From an uncultured Eubacteriales bacterium (GTDB lineage: Bacteria; Actinomycetota; Coriobacteriia; Anaerosomatales; JAUVQN01), in contig CAYOSP010000004.1 in the NCBI GenBank assembly GCA_964406675.1, positions 45,426-109,425 on the forward strand: a stretch of DNA of 64,000 bases, read 5' to 3'. Below the pieces are notes generated by a model. The model had not been told where the DNA came from and did no database searches. It was given only the letters and a program-made list of their open reading frames with translations. Each line of letters starts with the position of its first letter. The first letter of the stretch is position 1. The translations under genes and the position numbers were made by a program. Below are positions 58,955 to 64,000 of the stretch, in pieces.

Positions 58955-59035
58955 GCCTCGCCGCCGTGTGGCCCGCACGCGCATCCTCGTGGATAATGGG
59001 CGCGTCCCGTCAATGCGAGGAAAGGACGCGTCGGC

Positions 59036-59317
59036 ATGCCGAAGGGCACGCGCTCACTACTCCTGATCGTGATGGACCTCCTGTGGGTCGTCGCCGTCCT
59101 CGACGTGATCCGTCTGGTGGTCGCGTTCTTCGGCCGTCTGGCCTCCAGCGGGATCGGGGCGGGGTTCCTCGACCTATCCGTCTACCTCGTCGTCCCGTTC
59201 GGATCGAGTGACCCCGCCACGCCGTACGGAGGGGTCTTCGAACTCGACACCGCGGCGACCGTGGTGCTCCTCCTCCTAGTGGAATGGATAGTGAGCATCG
59301 TTCGTCGGAGAAGTTGA
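59036..59317 (+). CDS. Hypothetical small membrane protein (2-3 TM)
   Basis: Hydrophobic segments LLLIVMDLLWVVAVLDVIRLVVAFF and TVVLLLLVEWIVSIV. 93 aa, just upstream of the ATPase gene. Confidence 0.4.
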   Translation: MPKGTRSLLLIVMDLLWVVAVLDVIRLVVAFFGRLASSGIGAGFLDLSVYLVVPFGSSDPATPYGGVFELDTAATVVLLLLVEWIVSIVRRRS

Positions 59318-59341
59318 GATGGGGCCGGTGGGAGACCTGCT

Positions 59342-61021
59342 ATGACCTACACACGTGAACGGCTGGGCGAGATCCTCCTCGAAGAGGGCGTGATCGACGA
59401 GGAGGTCCTTCAGCGGGCCCTCGAGAAGCAGCGTGAACTGGGCGGTAAGCTCGGGCAGATCCTGGTGAGCGAGGCCGCCTTGAGCGAGGACGAGCTCGCG
59501 GGCACGCTCGCGCGTCAGAAGGGCCTGGAGCACGTGAGCCTGTACGGCCGCACCATCGACCGGGAGGCGACCGCGCTGGTGCCCGTGCGCTTCGCTCGCA
59601 TGCAGCAGGTCGTCCCGCTCGGGTTCGACGGCAAGCGGCTGGTGCTCGCGATGGCGGATCCGCTCGACATCGAGGCGATGGACGAGGTCCGTCTGATGAC
59701 CGGACTCGAGATCGAGCCGGTGGTCGCCGCGGCCTCGGAGATATCCGAGGCGATCGAGCGCTACATGGTCTCGACCGACGCCTTCACCGAGATACGGGAG
59801 ATCACGGAGGAGGAGACGCGGGCCGCCGAGAGTGCCGACGAGTCGATCATCCTCGATGAGGAGGACGTCCCGGTGGTCCGCCTCGTGAACCAGATCGTGC
59901 GCGAGGCGGTGCTCGACCGGGCGAGCGACATCCACATCGAGCCGCAGGAGGACGACGTCCGCGTCCGCTACCGGGTCGACGGCGTGCTCAAGGAGGTCAC
60001 CACGCTGCCGGTCAAGGTGCGGGCGGGCGTCACCAGCCGCGTCAAGATCATGGCCGACCTGGACATCGCCGAGCGGCGCCTGCCCCAGGACGGGCGAGCG
60101 ACCGTGTCGGTCGACGACGAGCGTATCGACCTGCGGGTGGCGACCCTGCCCACGCAGTACGGCGAGACCATCACGATCCGACTGCTGCGCCAGGACGTGT
60201 CGCTGCACACCCTGGAGGACCTGGGTATGGCGGCCGACGACCTGGAGAGCATCCGGGTCCTGCTGCAGAAGCCCTACGGAGCGCTCCTCGCGGCGGGCCC
60301 CACCGGCTCCGGCAAGACGACCACGCTCTACGCGGCGATGAACAGGCTCAACGAGCCGAGCCGGAAGATCATCACGGTCGAGGACCCGATCGAATACCGC
60401 CTGCCGGGCGTGACCCAGATCGCCGTGCGCCCGACGATAGGCCTTACCTTCGCGGCGGGCCTGCGCACCATCCTGCGCGCCGACCCTGACGTGGTGATGG
60501 TGGGGGAGATGCGGGATCCGGAGACCGCCGAGATCGGTATCCGCTCCGCGCTCACCGGTCACATCGTGTTCTCGTCGATCCACACGAACGACGCCCCGTC
60601 CGCCCTCACCCGTCTCATCGACATGAACGTCCCGCCGTTCATCACCAGTTCCGCGCTCCTGGGGGTCATCGCGCAGCGCCTCGCCCGCAGATTGTGCGAC
60701 CACTGCAAGAAGGAGACGGCCTACGAGCGTGGGTTCTTGACGGGCGCCGGCTACTCGGAGGACGAGGCGGGAGAGGTCACGCTCTTCCAGCCGGAGGGAT
60801 GCCCGAAGTGCGGCGGCACCGGGTTCCGCGGCAGGGTGGGCCTGTTCGAGGTCATGGTCATGGACGAGGCGCTCGGTCGCCTGTTCATGCAGGAAGCGGC
60901 ATCCGAGGAACTGCGCCGGACCGCGATCGAGAACGGCATGCGCACCCTGCGCATGGACGGGTTGGCCAAGGCCGCCGAGGGCGTCACCAGCATCGAGGAA
61001 GTGCTGCGCGTATCGGCCTGA
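59342..61021 (+). CDS. GspE/PilB/MshE-family secretion or pilus-assembly ATPase with MshEN-type N-terminal domain
   Basis: N-terminal RLGEILLEEGVIDEEVLQRALEKQ repeat. Walker A GPTGSGKTTT, Walker B-region DPDVVMVGEMRD, and the tetracysteine CDHC...CPKCGGTG. Confidence 0.85.
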   Translation: MTYTRERLGEILLEEGVIDEEVLQRALEKQRELGGKLGQILVSEAALSEDELAGTLARQKGLEHVSLYGRTIDREATALVPVRFARMQQVVPLGFDGKRLVLAMADPLDIEAMDEVRLMTGLEIEPVVAAASEISEAIERYMVSTDAFTEIREITEEETRAAESADESIILDEEDVPVVRLVNQIVREAVLDRASDIHIEPQEDDVRVRYRVDGVLKEVTTLPVKVRAGVTSRVKIMADLDIAERRLPQDGRATVSVDDERIDLRVATLPTQYGETITIRLLRQDVSLHTLEDLGMAADDLESIRVLLQKPYGALLAAGPTGSGKTTTLYAAMNRLNEPSRKIITVEDPIEYRLPGVTQIAVRPTIGLTFAAGLRTILRADPDVVMVGEMRDPETAEIGIRSALTGHIVFSSIHTNDAPSALTRLIDMNVPPFITSSALLGVIAQRLARRLCDHCKKETAYERGFLTGAGYSEDEAGEVTLFQPEGCPKCGGTGFRGRVGLFEVMVMDEALGRLFMQEAASEELRRTAIENGMRTLRMDGLAKAAEGVTSIEEVLRVSA

Positions 61022-61034
61022 GAGGAGCCCGCTG

Positions 61035-62234
61035 ATGCCCCGTCGCCCTCGCGCGATCGTCCTCGTGCTCGACAGCGTAGGCGTCGGAGAGCTGCCCGAC
61101 GCCGAGAGCTACGGTGACTCCGGCTCCGACACGCTCGGCCACACCGCCGAGGCGGTGGGCGGACTCGACATGCCGAACCTCCAGGCGATGGGGCTCGGCA
61201 ACATCCTCCACGTGCACGGCGTGCCGCCCGCCGAGCGGCCGCTCGCGTCCTGGGGCAAGTGCCGCGAGCGCTCAGCCGGCAAGGACACCACCACCGGCCA
61301 CTGGGAGATGATGGGTGTCGTGTTGGACGAACCGTTCCCGACGTATCCGGACGGATTCCCGCCCGAGGTGATGAGGGAGTTCGAGCGTCGGACCGGCCTG
61401 GGTTGGCTCGGCAACCGCCCGGCGAGCGGTACTGAGATCATCCAGGAGCTCGGCGACGAGCACGTCGAGACCGGGGATCCGATCGTCTACACCTCGGCGG
61501 ATTCCGTGTTCCAGGTCGCCGCGCACGAGGAGCGCTTCGGACTCGAGCGTCTCTACGAGGTCTGCGAGACGGCACGCGACATCCTCCAGAGGCCCCACGG
61601 GGTGGGCCGAGTCATCGCGCGACCATTCGTGACCAACGACGACCCGCCGCCCGAGTACGTCCGCACCGATCGCCGTCGTGACTTCGCCGTGGAGCCCTTC
61701 GAGGACACCGCGCTGGATCTGCTGCAGCGAGGCGGCGTGGCGGTGCTCGGCGTGGGCAAGATCGGCGACATCTTCGCCTGGCGCTCGATCGACCGCTCTC
61801 CGCACGTGACGGACAACATGGACGGGTTCGACAAGCTGGTGGGGACGGTGGCCTCGGAGGACGAGGGATTCGTGTTCTGCAACCTCGTCGACTTCGACAT
61901 GCTGTGGGGGCACCGCAACGACGTCGAGGGGTACGCGAAGGGACTCGAGGACGTCGATCGCCGGATGCCCGAGTTGCTCGACGCGATGCTCGACGGCGAC
62001 CTGCTCCTCATCACCGCCGACCACGGCTGCGACCCCACCACCGAGAGCACCGACCACAGCCGAGAGTACGTGCCGCTCATCGCCGCAGTGAAGGGGCGGC
62101 CCGGCGGCGTCGATCTGGGCACGCGAGACACGATCGGGGACGTGGGGGAGACCGTGCTCGACTTCTACGGCTTGGGTGACACGTGCCTTCGGGGTACGTC
62201 CTTCCTGGAGGACGTGCGCGGGGGATGGTCGTGA
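61035..62234 (+). CDS. deoB: Phosphopentomutase
   Basis: IVLVLDSVGVGELPDA, GKDTTTGHWEM, ITADHGCDPT. Confidence 0.9.
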   Translation: MPRRPRAIVLVLDSVGVGELPDAESYGDSGSDTLGHTAEAVGGLDMPNLQAMGLGNILHVHGVPPAERPLASWGKCRERSAGKDTTTGHWEMMGVVLDEPFPTYPDGFPPEVMREFERRTGLGWLGNRPASGTEIIQELGDEHVETGDPIVYTSADSVFQVAAHEERFGLERLYEVCETARDILQRPHGVGRVIARPFVTNDDPPPEYVRTDRRRDFAVEPFEDTALDLLQRGGVAVLGVGKIGDIFAWRSIDRSPHVTDNMDGFDKLVGTVASEDEGFVFCNLVDFDMLWGHRNDVEGYAKGLEDVDRRMPELLDAMLDGDLLLITADHGCDPTTESTDHSREYVPLIAAVKGRPGGVDLGTRDTIGDVGETVLDFYGLGDTCLRGTSFLEDVRGGWS

Positions 62235-62250
62235 GGAGGCGTCGACGAGG

Positions 62251-63558
62251 ATGATCGCGGCGACACCGCTCGAGCTGATCGAGAAGAAGCGCGACGGGCG
62301 GACCCACACGCGCTCGGAGCTCAGGCTGCTGGTGGACGCCTTCGTGTCCGGCGAGGTGCCCGACTACCAGATGTCCGCCTGGATGATGGCCGCGTACCTC
62401 AACGGCCTGGACGAGGACGAGACGGTGTGGCTCACCCAGGCGATGGCCGACTCGGGGGAGCGGGTGGACCTGAGCGCGATCCCGGGCGTGAAGGTCGACA
62501 AGCACTCGACCGGCGGCGTGGGCGACACGACCACGCTCGTGCTCGCGCCCCTGGTCGCGTCCTGCGGGGTGCCGGTGGCCAAGATGAGCGGACGGGGGCT
62601 CGGCCACACCGGCGGCACGCTCGACAAGCTCGAGTCCATCCCCGGGATGCGCGTCGAGCTGTCCCGCGAGGAGTTCGTCTCCCAGGTGCGTGAGGTCGGG
62701 TGCGCGGTGGTGGCTCAGAGCGCGGACATCGACCCGGCGGACAGGAAGATGTACGCGCTGCGCGACGTCACCGGAACCGTTCCCTCCGTACCGCTGATCG
62801 TCTCGTCGATCATCTCCAAGAAGGTCGCCGGCGGCGCCGACGCCGTCGTGCTCGACGTGAAGGTGGGCTCGGGCGCGTTCATGAAGGACGTCGAACACGC
62901 CCGGTGCCTCGCGAGCGAGTTGGAGCGGGTGGGCGACGCGCTCGGACGGGAGGTGGACGCGCGCCTGACCGACATGGACCAGCCGCTGGGCATGGCGGTC
63001 GGCAACGCGCTCGAGGTCGTCGAGGCCATCGAGACGCTCTCCGGTGAGGGCCCACCCGCCCTCACGGAGCTGTGCATCCGCTTCGCCGCCCTGATGCTCG
63101 TGCGCGGGGGCGCGGCTCCCGACGAGAGGTCCGCACGCGACCTCGCGGTCCGCGCGATCTCATCAGGGGACGCGCTGCGCGCGTTCGAACGCTGGGTCCA
63201 GGCGCAGGGCGGCGACCCCGCGGTGGCCGAGGACACCGGGCTCCTGCCCCGGGCCCGTGCCGTCCGCGAGGTGCGCGCGAGCCGCTCGGGCTTCGTGTCG
63301 CGGACGCACGCCGACGCGATCGGCTCCGCCGCCGCGGCGCTCGGGGCGGGCAGGGGGCGCAAGGAGGACGCGATCGACCCGGCCGCGGGCGTGGTGCTCG
63401 ACGTGCGCGTGGGAGACGAGGTGTCGGCAGGCGACCGGATCGCGACGCTGTACGCGTCGGATCCTGACCTCCTCGACGAGGCCGAGCACCGGATCGGTCA
63501 CGCGCTGGAGCTGGGCGACACGCCGCCGGCGCCGCGACCGCTGTTCCTGGACGAGTGA
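62251..63558 (+). CDS. pdp: Pyrimidine-nucleoside (thymidine) phosphorylase
   Basis: LIEKKRDG, DKHSTGGVGD, KMSGRGLGHTGGTLDKLE, SIISKK. ATG 62251 lies within the longer track ORF. Confidence 0.9.
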   Translation: MIAATPLELIEKKRDGRTHTRSELRLLVDAFVSGEVPDYQMSAWMMAAYLNGLDEDETVWLTQAMADSGERVDLSAIPGVKVDKHSTGGVGDTTTLVLAPLVASCGVPVAKMSGRGLGHTGGTLDKLESIPGMRVELSREEFVSQVREVGCAVVAQSADIDPADRKMYALRDVTGTVPSVPLIVSSIISKKVAGGADAVVLDVKVGSGAFMKDVEHARCLASELERVGDALGREVDARLTDMDQPLGMAVGNALEVVEAIETLSGEGPPALTELCIRFAALMLVRGGAAPDERSARDLAVRAISSGDALRAFERWVQAQGGDPAVAEDTGLLPRARAVREVRASRSGFVSRTHADAIGSAAAALGAGRGRKEDAIDPAAGVVLDVRVGDEVSAGDRIATLYASDPDLLDEAEHRIGHALELGDTPPAPRPLFLDE

Positions 63559-64000
63559 GCGGCTTGCAGGTAGCCGTCGGCCACGCGAACCCCGATTTCG
63601 ACGCGTACGCGGCCACCGTCGCCGCGACGAAGCTCTTCCCCGGCGCGAAAGGCGTCTACCTCGGCTCGCAGAACCGCAACGTGCGGGAGTTCCACTCGCT
63701 GCATCAGGAGCTCCTCGAGTTCGTGGATCTGAAGGCGCTCGACATCGAGGACGTCGAGCGCGTCATCATGGTCGACACCCGCGAGCCCTCGAGGATCGGG
63801 GAGCTGGGTCCTGTCGCCCAACGCGACGGCGTCGACGTGATCGTCTACGACCATCACCCGCCCTCGGACGACGACATCGAGGGCGCGGACGACCGCTCCC
63901 AGCAGGTGGGCGCCACGACGTCGATCCTCGTCCACGAACTGCGCGACCGCGGCATGGAGCTCTCGCCGCTCGAGGCGACGCTCCTCCTACTGGGCATCCA
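63555..64000 (+). CDS. DHH-family phosphoesterase domain protein, N-terminal part (3' end outside window; not in ORF track)
   Basis: My own translation from GTG 63555 (GTGA overlap with the pdp stop): VSGLQVAVGHANPDFDAYAA...MVDT...VYDHHPP...GATTSIL, which matches DHH motifs I-IV. The frame stays open to the window edge. Confidence 0.6.
   Translation, partial: MSGLQVAVGHANPDFDAYAATVAATKLFPGAKGVYLGSQNRNVREFHSLHQELLEFVDLKALDIEDVERVIMVDTREPSRIGELGPVAQRDGVDVIVYDHHPPSDDDIEGADDRSQQVGATTSILVHELRDRGMELSPLEATLLLLGI

Overview
A 64-kb chromosomal window from a very GC-rich bacterium (about two-thirds to 70% G+C by eye, not computed). It has Gram-positive-type gene order and is plausibly a deep-branching Actinomycetota-like lineage. 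Region 1-32 kb is a dense, almost entirely plus-strand housekeeping block. Its order mirrors the Bacillus/Clostridium region: comEC-holA-rpsT-lepA-hemW-hrcA-dnaJ-rsmE-mtaB-phoH-(7TM-HD)-ybeY-dgkA-cdd-era-recO-glyQ-glyS-...-dnaG-sigA. Pyruvate phosphate dikinase and its regulator, a dGTPase-like HD protein and a membrane pyrophosphatase are embedded in this block. Many junctions are ATGA/GTGA start-stop overlaps. Region 32-47 kb is more mosaic and looks less GC-rich. It holds a REC-PAS-HD-GYP response regulator, three tRNAs (Asn, Met-type CAU, Val) with their own hairpin terminators, a PASTA-amidase, manC and galE. It also holds two toxin-antitoxin pairs (HigBA, VapBC) just downstream of tRNA-Val, a 7TM-PAS-GGDEF cyclase followed by a leaderless-peptide 5'-nucleotidase, an archaeal-type PEP carboxylase, and a disulfide-reductase/FNT-channel/zinc-ribbon operon. 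Region 47.2-58.4 kb is an 11-gene nuoABCDHIJKLMN operon with no nuoE/F/G. In it, nuoI is one 712-codon frame with a ~500-aa GltD/NfnB-like FAD-NAD(P)H oxidoreductase module inserted between the NuoI N-terminus and its two [4Fe-4S] motifs. This candidate built-in electron-input module for an N-module-less complex I is the most interesting feature in the window. The right end carries an orphan PilB/GspE-type ATPase whose N-terminus matches the MshEN c-di-GMP-binding motif, then deoB, pdp and the start of a DHH-family gene. No CRISPR array, transposase, integrase or rRNA was seen. Many very long antisense or off-frame ORFs in the track are GC-driven artefacts. All calls rest on reading the translated ORFs, motifs and hairpins; no database search was possible.
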